From a virus: DNA of 64,000 nt. The stretch is taken from IMG/VR virus record IMGVR_UViG_3300045988_182490; one strand, 5' to 3'. The position numbers and the translations under genes were made by a program. Positions 46,634-55,435 of the stretch are shown here, in pieces. Every line of letters begins with the position of its first letter. Position 1 is the first letter of the stretch. Below the pieces are notes generated by a model. It was not told the origin of the DNA. It did not search any database and saw only the letters and a list, made by a program, of their open reading frames with translations.

Positions 46634-46981
46634 CAGCACTCCTCCCACGACTAAAGTCACGGGTGCCCGTGCTAAGCGAATTTATGAAATATTACCTATA
46701 ATAACGAAGAGGGACAGATAGCTGTTCCTCTTTGTTATTATCTAAAAGGGATAGTATATTGGTACTTTCGATGTAAACGGGACAATAATCTGTGCCGGTT
46801 GCATAAAGGGATAATATACTATTCCTTTAAATTTATTAATTAAAGGAACATAATTCTATCACTTTCAATCATATAAGGGATATAATATTATCCTTTTAAC
46901 ATATAGCTTATAATTTTTAGAAATGATCTTTTTGTCTCTTTATCTGTCATATTAATGGTAGAAAAACAAACGGAGGTGCTT

Positions 46982-47770
46982 ATGTTAAAAGAATTACGCA
47001 GCAGATCCTTTACAAATGGAAAGGTATATGCATTAGAAACAGAGGATGGATATCCATTGGAAGTCACCGATACTTTTTTACCAAATTATACAAAGGACGC
47101 AATCAATAACAATGAAAACACACTGAAGACATATGAAGTTGGAGACCGGACCAATCGCTGGATGATTGGTGTTAGTTGTATGAGCGGCTGTCCTGTGCAT
47201 TGTAAGTTCTGCGCAACCGGAAAACTTAAAAGATGGCGTTGCTTAACAGCCGAAGAGATTGTAGCTCAGGTGGAATTTATTATCAAACAGAATCCGGAAT
47301 ATCGATTTGAAGATGCTTGGGAACATAAAATCAATTACACCAGAATGGGAGAGCCGTTCCTAAATATAGAAGAAGTAAAAAAAGCTATTCAGATGATTGA
47401 CGAAAAGTATCCAGGAACGCATCATTATATCTCTACAGTTGGATTACAGGGAAGCGATTTTAGCTGGATTAAAGACAATATTACGTTACAAGTTAGCTTA
47501 CATAGTCTTGATGAGGAAAGACGACACAATTTAATTCCTATCAGTAATCTGATGTCTATCGAAGAACTGGGCCAGATTCGGACAAATAGTAATTTAAAAA
47601 CAACTGTCAATATGACATTAGTTGACTATGAAGATTTTGACATCAATATCTTGACCAAATATTTTGATCCTAGATATTTTTTTATAAAATTAAGTCCTAT
47701 TAACGAGAACGAGATTTCTGAGAAAAATCATATGGGATCTGGTATTATCGAGAAAAGAAATTTGATGTAA
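46982..47770 (+). CDS. RlmN/Cfr-like radical SAM methyltransferase, N-terminal and core part (split gene)
   Basis: 263 aa; SCMSGCPVHCKFCATG (CxxxCxxC in RlmN-specific context), MGEPFLN, ISTVGL, VSLHSLDEERRHNLIPI align with RlmN residues about 60-320. Confidence 0.65.
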   Translation: MLKELRSRSFTNGKVYALETEDGYPLEVTDTFLPNYTKDAINNNENTLKTYEVGDRTNRWMIGVSCMSGCPVHCKFCATGKLKRWRCLTAEEIVAQVEFIIKQNPEYRFEDAWEHKINYTRMGEPFLNIEEVKKAIQMIDEKYPGTHHYISTVGLQGSDFSWIKDNITLQVSLHSLDEERRHNLIPISNLMSIEELGQIRTNSNLKTTVNMTLVDYEDFDINILTKYFDPRYFFIKLSPINENEISEKNHMGSGIIEKRNLM

Positions 47771-47791
47771 TACGCAAAGGAGGAAAAACTC

Positions 47792-47917
47792 ATGGAGAAA
47801 ATCGCAAATCAGTTAAGGGCAGCAGGTTATGATTACGCAGTTGCCATTGCGACTGAAGCAGAAATTACTGCAAAAGCTGCATGCGGCCAGTTAGCCATTA
47901 TTACTGAGGATAAGTAA
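47792..47917 (+). CDS. RlmN-like C-terminal fragment carrying conserved ACGQL cysteine motif (separate micro-ORF)
   Basis: 41 aa with own AAAGGAGG RBS; LRAAGYDYAVAIATEAEITAKAACGQLAI parallels RlmN ...[27 protein letters not shown]. Confidence 0.55.
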   Translation: MEKIANQLRAAGYDYAVAIATEAEITAKAACGQLAIITEDK

Positions 47918-47968
47918 TCGTTAACAGGAAATGCCCCACTCAGGGGCATTTTCTATGGAGGAAAAAAT

Positions 47969-48769
47969 ATGTTACATAATCATAGAGTGTTCCGGTATCG
48001 AATTATCACGAATTTTCATTGTAATCAGAACTGTTATTTTTGCTTTCAGCCGGAAAAGCGAGAAAAGATATTAGATATTGAAAAAATGGAAGATACTATG
48101 AAAAAGGTAGGTATGTTGGAAAGAGCTACCATTATGGGCGGAGAGAGTTTACTTTTACCGAATATCGTAGATTATTTCAAAGTAGTGCATAAATATGTAA
48201 ATACAATTTGCCTGGTAACAAACGGTACGAAGTTAACTGAAGATTTGACAAAAGCTTTAGTAGAAAATGGACTGGAAGAAATGGCAATCTCTATATCTTC
48301 TAAAGAACAATATAAGGCCAGAAGAGAACAGATACTGATTGCAAAAAAGTACGTGCCTAATTTACGCATCAATCTTCCAAAATCTTGGGAGTCTACTGGG
48401 GAAAAGTTATATGAACTTGTTGATATGATTTTAGCAGATGATATCGGCGTGGTTGTATGTGAAGATCTTATGGGCAGATACAATTTAAACTATAAAAACA
48501 GCTATGAAGATCTGCTTTATGGTATGGGCGCTAAATTATTACGCAGTGATGGACATAATTTCTTCACGTTTGAGTGGAAGGGAAAAGAATTTGGGTTGTT
48601 TGGGTATCACGGAGATAAAAACGCATCCGCAGATACGGAAGAAGCCGGATACGAAAAGACAGATATTATCATTGCACCGAATTGTCATTCTGATGAACGG
48701 TATTCCCATAAAGTCTATTCTGTGTGGGAAGATTACTGCCATGATATAGGAAACCACGACTTGGCATAG
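47969..48769 (+). CDS. radical SAM domain protein (MoaA/PqqE-like core, no SPASM extension)
   Basis: 266 aa; ITNFHCNQNCYFCF (CxxxCxxC), MGGESLLL, LVTNGTKL. Confidence 0.65.
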   Translation: MLHNHRVFRYRIITNFHCNQNCYFCFQPEKREKILDIEKMEDTMKKVGMLERATIMGGESLLLPNIVDYFKVVHKYVNTICLVTNGTKLTEDLTKALVENGLEEMAISISSKEQYKARREQILIAKKYVPNLRINLPKSWESTGEKLYELVDMILADDIGVVVCEDLMGRYNLNYKNSYEDLLYGMGAKLLRSDGHNFFTFEWKGKEFGLFGYHGDKNASADTEEAGYEKTDIIIAPNCHSDERYSHKVYSVWEDYCHDIGNHDLA

Positions 48770-48778
48770 GAGTGCAGT

Positions 48779-49213
48779 ATGCTTAAAATTGATTTTGGCA
48801 GCGGATATAATCCATATCCTGGATATAAAACATGTGATATTACTCAAGGTCCCTATTTAGATTATGTATACAATACAGAGACAAACGAAATTATTGGATT
48901 GCAAGAAGGATCCGTTGATGAATTTCGCCTTAAAAACGTACTACATCATGCTGATATACCGAAGGTGATTCAGTGTCTCCACAGATATTTAAAATCAGGC
49001 GGAATTCTGCAAATTATTGAACCAAGGACGGAGTATTACGAACAAAACCGGTGTCTGGATCTGTTTTGGTATCGTTACATTTATCCGAGATATGAAATAG
49101 CAATTCCTCCCAAAAGGAGAGTTGACTACTTAAAAATATGCGAGGCATATTTTAAAATCTCATCACATCAAAATGCAGATGTTTATGACGTTTATTTTTT
49201 TGTTAACCGATAA
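48779..49213 (+). CDS. small class I SAM-dependent methyltransferase-fold protein
   Basis: 144 aa; motif I KIDFGSGYNP, motif III LKSGGILQI. Confidence 0.5.
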   Translation: MLKIDFGSGYNPYPGYKTCDITQGPYLDYVYNTETNEIIGLQEGSVDEFRLKNVLHHADIPKVIQCLHRYLKSGGILQIIEPRTEYYEQNRCLDLFWYRYIYPRYEIAIPPKRRVDYLKICEAYFKISSHQNADVYDVYFFVNR

Positions 49214-49248
49214 TAATTAGCAGAACCTTATATAAGGAGTAAATATAT

Positions 49249-49974
49249 ATGCTATCTTTTTTACAAAAATTAATTAATAGTAAAAATAATACAGTAATAT
49301 CTTCAAAACAAGATGCTGTCACTGCAAATAGTGACGACTTAATTCAGGAAAAGCCAATACCTAACTGCAAAAATGCTTTCCATATATTAATCATTACAGA
49401 TACGCATTGTCATATGAGAAAAGAACAAATAGAAGACTTTCTCTCTGACATCGAAGATAAAATTGATATTGTCTTTATATTAGGTGATATGAGCGAAAGA
49501 GATATGTTCGTTGCAAAAGAAATAGCTAAAAAATATAAAGCTCTCATCTATGGAATTCTTGGTAATCATGATTATGATGGACAATTAGAAGAAATGGATA
49601 TTCCAAATTTTGAAGGAAAGATGATAGAATTTAATGGAGTTACGTTTACAGGAATGCACGGAAGCTTTAAATATAAGAACTCTGACGCACCTATGTTAAC
49701 TAACGAAGAGAGTATAGAATTAGCAAAAATACTACCAACTTGTGATATTTTTCTTACTCACGATAAAGCTAGAACAAATAATGAAGAAAATTCGCATAGT
49801 GGATTAGAAGGCATAACTCAGTATATTTTAGATAAAAAACCAGAATATCATATTCATGGACATCTTCATGAAAATATGAACGAAAATATTGGCGGAATTA
49901 GTTCTTTGGGATTTTGTAGATATGCATATATCGAAGTATCTAAAAATGGATTAAAAATCAAAAAGATTTTTTAA
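49249..49974 (+). CDS. calcineurin-like metallophosphoesterase
   Basis: 241 aa; ILIITDTHCH, ILGDMSE, ILGNHDYD, GMHGS motifs. Confidence 0.75.
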   Translation: MLSFLQKLINSKNNTVISSKQDAVTANSDDLIQEKPIPNCKNAFHILIITDTHCHMRKEQIEDFLSDIEDKIDIVFILGDMSERDMFVAKEIAKKYKALIYGILGNHDYDGQLEEMDIPNFEGKMIEFNGVTFTGMHGSFKYKNSDAPMLTNEESIELAKILPTCDIFLTHDKARTNNEENSHSGLEGITQYILDKKPEYHIHGHLHENMNENIGGISSLGFCRYAYIEVSKNGLKIKKIF

Positions 49975-50087
49975 AGATAGTTCACTGAAATAAAGTACGA
50001 CAAAAAGCTCCTGTTACAAAGAGGTAAAATCAGATAAAGAACAATAAATCATTAAAAACATGGACGTAAAAATTTCTGTGCAGAAAT

Positions 50088-50115
50088 TTGCAATAATTTT
50101 CAAAGCTGTTATAAT
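50088..50115 (+). promoter_or_regulatory. sigma70 promoter (TTGCAA-16-TATAAT) driving sRNA copy B
   Basis: consensus -35/-10, TGTTATAAT extended -10. Confidence 0.6.
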
Positions 50116-50121
50116 AGCATT

Positions 50122-50203
50122 ATCAGATGAAGAACACATCTGATTTCCCCTTTTATCTTTGATGAAGATCCCCGGAACTTTCCCCTCCGGGGATCATTTT
50201 TTA
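50122..50203 (+). ncRNA. small RNA, family copy B
   Basis: 5' hairpin TCAGATG-AAGAACA-CATCTGA, core CCCTTTTATCTTTGATGAAGATC, terminator ATCCCCGGAACTTTCCCCTCCGGGGAT + T6. Confidence 0.55.
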
Positions 50204-50361
50204 TACATATATTTTCTTCCATATTATTTGTATAAACAAAGGAATTCAAAATAAAAACCAATATACTCAAAATCAAGATATTTTACGGTGAATTTTGTGC
50301 AGAAATTTACAGTGTTTTTAAATTTAATCTATCATATTAATATCAGAAAGGTGGTATAATT

Positions 50362-50634
50362 ATGACATGTTATGACAGTAAAGAAGGATCATTCCCTATT
50401 AGTTATAAAGATTGCCAGTTACTGGCTGATGCCTGCGAAGAGCAAATAATTCAAATGGAGAAAAACCTGGAAGAGATTAGTCCGGAAAAATATTTGCGCT
50501 ACAAGGAATTGCATCAGTATTTTCTTGGTATTCGGAAACTTATGGAAGCTCGTAAAATCAAGGAAGAAAATGCCAAAAAAGAAGAGGAAAATTTTCGAAA
50601 GCAGCTTACTGAAAGCTTGCAGAATCAGCAGTAA
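50362..50634 (+). CDS. hypothetical coiled-coil protein
   Basis: 90 aa. Confidence 0.45.
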   Translation: MTCYDSKEGSFPISYKDCQLLADACEEQIIQMEKNLEEISPEKYLRYKELHQYFLGIRKLMEARKIKEENAKKEEENFRKQLTESLQNQQ

Positions 50635-50706
50635 TTGCTATATAATAGCAATAGTCAAAAATTTAAAGCTGGGAAAAATCCCAGCTTTTGTTATGAGGAG
50701 AAAATT

Positions 50707-51162
50707 ATGTTTGATGGATTAAAATTAATGGATGCTCACGGATCCAGATTAGATATGGAATTTGAATTCGATTGGTTTTTGAGAACAATAGAAGTGAATT
50801 GTCCCAATAGATGGAATGAAGTAAGGGATGCTTTATATCATCTATTTTGTGGCGCCATGCGAGTGATTACAGATTATCGGTGGATTCCAGAATGCAAGGA
50901 AACAATTCTTTCAGGAATCAACATAACCTGTGAATTAAAAGAAGACGAAAACGGAAAAAGAGAAAGTAAGTCACTCGGTAAATGGACATTTTATCTAAAC
51001 GTAAAATCCGGGACGACTTCAAAAGAAACTATAGAAAATCTGGAAAAAGATATGGAACGTTTCCTTCGTGCAAGATTTAATATTAAAGAGTCTCATGATC
51101 TGAATGTTGTACGAGAAGAGTATGAACGGAAGAAATTGCTGGAGAAGATTATTTTGCAGTAA
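50707..51162 (+). CDS. hypothetical protein (weak HEPN-like Rx6H near C-terminus)
   Basis: 151 aa; GAGGAG RBS. Confidence 0.45.
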   Translation: MFDGLKLMDAHGSRLDMEFEFDWFLRTIEVNCPNRWNEVRDALYHLFCGAMRVITDYRWIPECKETILSGINITCELKEDENGKRESKSLGKWTFYLNVKSGTTSKETIENLEKDMERFLRARFNIKESHDLNVVREEYERKKLLEKIILQ

Positions 51163-51201
51163 AAGACCTATAATAGCATAATATATATAGGAGGATTTTC
51201 T

Positions 51202-51549
51202 ATGAATTTTGTTATTCCGAGCGAAAGACATCAAAAGTCATTAGAATACGCTGTTAATAAAGCATCTGCTTCACCGATTTTTCCATATATAAGAAATATT
51301 GTTTTATTTGGTAGCTGTGCAAGAGGAGATTTTCATTGGTCCAGTGATGTAGATTTGCTATTTATTATGGATGATTCGTTTAATGATCACACCGAATTAA
51401 AGAGCGATTTGTTTACGTTACGGGGGAATATAAGTCCAATTGATTCTGAATGCCCGGAAGTCGATGCTAAATTCTATTCAGAGTCAAATTGGAAAAATCA
51501 AAACAGTTTCTTTTTGCAGAACGCTAGAAAGGATGGGATTGTGTTATGA
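51202..51549 (+). CDS. minimal nucleotidyltransferase (MNT/Pol-beta superfamily)
   Basis: 115 aa; LFGSCARGDFHWSSDVDLLF motif. Confidence 0.75.
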   Translation: MNFVIPSERHQKSLEYAVNKASASPIFPYIRNIVLFGSCARGDFHWSSDVDLLFIMDDSFNDHTELKSDLFTLRGNISPIDSECPEVDAKFYSESNWKNQNSFFLQNARKDGIVL

Positions 51550-51773
51550 TAAATACAAATAATGATATCAATTACTTCAGAAGGCTCTATAGATGATACA
51601 ATCGCGAATGCCAGGCAAAAGACTGCCGAAATTAACACTCAGCAATCATTGCCAATACAAAAGCATGATTCTAGCATACATTAAAAATATATACTTCACA
51701 TTTAATTTAAATGGAATTTTTTATCTTGCATATTATAACGGTTATCCGTTATAATATATATGAGGTGATTTTT

Positions 51774-52340
51774 ATGCTTAAAACATTATGTAATTTAAAA
51801 GAAATAAGCGTATATAGATGCTCTAAAGACACAAATATTCCGTATTCGACATTAAGTGACATTGCAAATCATAAAACGGACCCCAATAATATCAACGCAC
51901 TTATACTAAAACGATTGGCTGAATATTTTTCTTTATCTATGGATGATTTATATACAATTTTAAATCTAAAACAGCGGGTTCCTTTTTCTTCATTTAGAAG
52001 CGAAATGTGTCACAAGCTTCACAGAAATGGCGATATAGAAATGCTATCATTTATTAGGAAAAATAATTATATTCCCATATTATGGAATATAAGATGGTAT
52101 CCGGAAGCCCTATATACATTGGCCATGTTCGATGAAATAACAGAAAAAAATAACGCAAGCTTATGTATGGATTATGAACAATATAGGAAGACAAAAATGA
52201 AAGAGCTGATCGTCTCTCCTGATATTATTTTAATGGAGAAGCTAACAGGCAAAGACGATGAGCGTCAAAAACTGATTGCAAATGCCAATCCATATTTTTT
52301 ACAGTACAACATATTGGAAGGAGATATTTATGCCGAGTGA
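51774..52340 (+). CDS. XRE-type HTH protein, putative antitoxin of NTase pair
   Basis: 188 aa; N-terminal HTH ISVYRCSKDTNIPYSTLSDIANHK; stop overlaps start of downstream NTase gene. Confidence 0.45.
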   Translation: MLKTLCNLKEISVYRCSKDTNIPYSTLSDIANHKTDPNNINALILKRLAEYFSLSMDDLYTILNLKQRVPFSSFRSEMCHKLHRNGDIEMLSFIRKNNYIPILWNIRWYPEALYTLAMFDEITEKNNASLCMDYEQYRKTKMKELIVSPDIILMEKLTGKDDERQKLIANANPYFLQYNILEGDIYAE

Positions 52341-53148
52341 AAATGATATACAACTTGACCGTGAACTAATGCTTACGTGTTTAAAAGAAGTAGCAAAAGA
52401 ATATCACAAACAGTTTAAAGGAGGAAATATTGAAATTATTATAGTCGGCGGAGCATCATTGGCTATGAATTATAATTTTCGACCGGGAACGACAGATATA
52501 GACGCTTTTATTGTAGCTAGGGAAGATTTAAAAGACATCATCAATAAAATCGGTGACAAATACAATTTACCAAATGGTTGGCTAAATCAGGATTTTAAAT
52601 ATACAGATTCTTACAGCCCTAACATCCGTCAATATAGTAAATATTATGCTTCTTATTCTCATTGTATGGAAGTTCGGACGATAAAAGACGAATATCTTAT
52701 AGCTATGAAATTAGCTTCTTATCGTCCTTATAAGCATGATCGATCTGATATTATTGGCATTATTATTGAAAATGATCGACAGGGCAGATCAATCACTTTC
52801 GACAAGGTAGATAAAGCTGTCCGGGATTTGTATGGAAACTGGAACAAAATATCTGTTGAGGCAAAGCTTTCGCTTAAATCGCTCCTTGCTGCACATAGTC
52901 TTGAAACTGTTTACGATGAGATAACCAAACAGGAGCAGATAAGTAAAAATACTTTGATAAACTTTGAAGAAAAATATCCAGGGATTCTTTCTGAAGACAA
53001 TGTTTCCGATATAGTAAACTGTCAAACTCCTAAAGAAGATGTTTTATCCGTTGATGATTTAATAGCTAAAGCAACAGAAAAAGTTCAACAGTCAAATTCC
53101 AGAAATGTGCATACTCAATCCCTGAGTATCGACGATTTCATTTTATAA
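52330..53148 (+). CDS. AbiEii/MenT-like nucleotidyltransferase (DUF1814-like) putative toxin
   Basis: 272 aa; IIIVGGASLAMNYNFRPGTTDIDAF resembles AbiEii KGGTAL...RFSEDIDF core. Confidence 0.5.
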   Translation: MPSENDIQLDRELMLTCLKEVAKEYHKQFKGGNIEIIIVGGASLAMNYNFRPGTTDIDAFIVAREDLKDIINKIGDKYNLPNGWLNQDFKYTDSYSPNIRQYSKYYASYSHCMEVRTIKDEYLIAMKLASYRPYKHDRSDIIGIIIENDRQGRSITFDKVDKAVRDLYGNWNKISVEAKLSLKSLLAAHSLETVYDEITKQEQISKNTLINFEEKYPGILSEDNVSDIVNCQTPKEDVLSVDDLIAKATEKVQQSNSRNVHTQSLSIDDFIL

Positions 53149-53203
53149 CAAATTTTACACCGTCTATTTCTGTCATATTAACAGCAGAAAGGACGGTGTT
53201 TTT

Positions 53204-54073
53204 ATGTATATAGAAAAGTTAAGATCACTAATGGAAAAAGCTCCCGGTGAAGCAGCAGATATTGCAGAATACGCACAAATGTTAACAAAATACGTAAACA
53301 CAGTGGCAGATCAAGTACTGGCAACAGAAAGAAATCGAGCTTTTCTAATTTCTGAACGTATAGATCAGACTGAATACATTGCCAGAATCGAGCGAGCAAA
53401 TGATGAAAGAAACAAAGCACATGACAAAGCATGTGCTGCCTGCAAAAATATCAATGATATCGCAGCTAGGAACGGGAAGCAGAAGATATTCGATTTTGAG
53501 CCACAGATAGAAACTATAAACGGAAGAATGGTTTTCACACAGGATAATCATTATCATGTGGCAAAATTTTGCGCGGATCTTACAAATGAATTATTCGAAC
53601 AGGGCGCTTTACAAAAATCCGAGCATTTGATTGACGAAGTAGTGGAAAAAGCCAAAGAGAAACCATATCCGATCCTGCAGACTGCCGAAATGAGAGAAAA
53701 AATTACAGAATATGAGAACTTGAATAAGACAGAAGAATTACAAGGTTTTATGAATGATAGAAAATCCGGATCCATCAAATTAAGAGATGGAAGCATGCTT
53801 GAACTATCAAAGCCTAATTCTTATGGTGAATATGATGTAAAAACAGCAAATATTTCCGATCTTGGATCAGCTGATTTTTATTTTATAAAACGGGACAACA
53901 GTTTTATCGGAGAAGAAATTCCAAAAAATGTTATACAGGAAATAGCTGCCGATCATGGTGGTCCTATAGACATTAAAGAAACGGAACCTATGCGGTCACA
54001 ATTATTAGAGTCCATATTAAATGGAGATTATGATAGAACAGAAAATGAAGAAATTCCGGACATTTCTCATTAA
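53204..54073 (+). CDS. hypothetical protein
   Basis: 289 aa. Confidence 0.55.
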   Translation: MYIEKLRSLMEKAPGEAADIAEYAQMLTKYVNTVADQVLATERNRAFLISERIDQTEYIARIERANDERNKAHDKACAACKNINDIAARNGKQKIFDFEPQIETINGRMVFTQDNHYHVAKFCADLTNELFEQGALQKSEHLIDEVVEKAKEKPYPILQTAEMREKITEYENLNKTEELQGFMNDRKSGSIKLRDGSMLELSKPNSYGEYDVKTANISDLGSADFYFIKRDNSFIGEEIPKNVIQEIAADHGGPIDIKETEPMRSQLLESILNGDYDRTENEEIPDISH

Positions 54074-54170
54074 AAAAGAGGCGGATGTCACTTTGACACC
54101 ACCTTTTCTATTTTTTCATATTTGTTTTCTATCATATTAGTGTTAGAATAATAGAAAAACGGAGGAAGAA

Positions 54171-54518
54171 ATGCAGGGTATTAAATTGATAGAAGAAACA
54201 AAAACGGATAATCCCTGGGGCGGAAAACATATTATCCGTAAAATGCAGGGATATGGATATGATATCCGGATTGTTTTTGATACGGAAGGAGACTTTCCAT
54301 TACGACAAGTTTTTTTTGAACCAACAAAATGCAAAAATGAATTCCATTTTTTATTCAAACCGGTATATAATCCATCATTTCAGGAAAAAGGCATTGAGAG
54401 CATCTCAACTGTGAAACTTAACGTTGAAAAGCTGGATGAAATAACAGCGGAATTTGTTAATATTAAAGAAATGTTCCATGAGTTAAAAGAAAGAGAGGCA
54501 GAGCTATTTCATGAATGA
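54171..54518 (+). CDS. hypothetical protein
   Basis: 115 aa; ACGGAGG RBS. Confidence 0.5.
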   Translation: MQGIKLIEETKTDNPWGGKHIIRKMQGYGYDIRIVFDTEGDFPLRQVFFEPTKCKNEFHFLFKPVYNPSFQEKGIESISTVKLNVEKLDEITAEFVNIKEMFHELKEREAELFHE

Positions 54519-54849
54519 TAATATTTTCGAAAATATTATGCTATTAGTTATTGATGGAACTAATTCAACAGATCCAGATACATCCGAGCTTGCAATAGAT
54601 GTATTAAAATCGGCAATCCGTTACGCAAAATACCGGATGGATTTCGCAATCAATGATAATGCATGGAAAATGGAGAATGACAAATATCGGACCTCGGCAC
54701 ATAACCGTTTCATGGACTGTCTCAATATCTATTTACGGTATTTGAAGAATAGTGGAATGAAAGTTATTGATTTGTCTGAATATGATCGGAAAACGCTGGG
54801 AGATATCGCTTGTTATATAGCATATAAAACAGCAATTTTGCAAAGATAA
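54511..54849 (+). CDS. hypothetical protein
   Basis: 112 aa; overlaps upstream gene. Confidence 0.45.
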   Translation: MNDNIFENIMLLVIDGTNSTDPDTSELAIDVLKSAIRYAKYRMDFAINDNAWKMENDKYRTSAHNRFMDCLNIYLRYLKNSGMKVIDLSEYDRKTLGDIACYIAYKTAILQR

Positions 54850-54868
54850 GAAAAGACCAATGATTAAT

Positions 54869-55435
54869 TCATTGGCCTTTTTTATCGCATTTTAATTCGG
54901 GATGAGCATATAAATATTTTTTAACATGATACTGTATACATCCAACAGAGCAGTTATATTTTTGAGACATTTGCGCATAAGATATTTTATTATAAAGATA
55001 ATCTTCTGCAATAGTAATTGTTTTTTGACCCAATTTTTCAGGCAGAATAGAACAAATTTTCTTTTGTCTCATTTGATCTTTTTTATGAAATTTAATATAT
55101 CTTTCTACGGTTGATAATGAAAGCTGATATTTTTCAGCAAGAACTCGCATTGATACTTTATTTTCATTATTATATTCTTCTATTATTTTCTTTTTAATCA
55201 AATCTCGTTTTGTTTCTGCAAAAGTATTTTTATTTTTATACAAATTCACATAATGCTGCACAAGGCTAATGCTGCAATTATGAGATAATGATATTTCTTT
55301 CCATGTTTTGCCTTCTTTAAAATATTCTTCCCCTATCTGATTGGAAATTTCAGTAATATATTTTTTGCTCCTATGACTATCATTAATGAGTGGATTGACA
55401 ATAATAGTCTCTACTTTATTTTCTTGATTTTGCAT
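54869..55435 (-). CDS. DNA-binding protein with three HTH repeats (minus strand; repressor/transposase-HTH-like)
   Basis: 188 aa; three approx 50-aa repeats each with an HTH-like segment; one of only three minus-strand genes right of the IS66 fragment. Confidence 0.5.
   Translation of the reverse strand: MQNQENKVETIIVNPLINDSHRSKKYITEISNQIGEEYFKEGKTWKEISLSHNCSISLVQHYVNLYKNKNTFAETKRDLIKKKIIEEYNNENKVSMRVLAEKYQLSLSTVERYIKFHKKDQMRQKKICSILPEKLGQKTITIAEDYLYNKISYAQMSQKYNCSVGCIQYHVKKYLYAHPELKCDKKGQ

Larger units (their letters stand above)
45092..46687 (+). mobile_element. IS200/IS605-family IscB element, copy 1 (TnpA-less; omega RNA + iscB)
   Basis: about 1.6 kb unit, about 98% identical to 58347-59938; LE ...CACTAAAGTGACGGGCTTGTAAAAGCCCG, RE ...CGACTAAAGTCACGGGTGCCCGTGCTAAGCG subterminal hairpins. 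Confidence 0.8.

Noticed and set aside
47969-48769. Calling the second radical SAM protein a prokaryotic viperin
   Set aside because: The CNxxCxFCF context is suggestive, but the protein is about 40 aa shorter than viperin cores. I could not recognise the viperin C-terminal motifs. No nucleotide kinase partner is adjacent.
50707-51162. Calling 50707-51162 a HEPN toxin paired with the MNT at 51202
   Set aside because: Only a single Rx6H-like motif. Gene order is opposite to the common MNT-then-HEPN arrangement. Kept as hypothetical.
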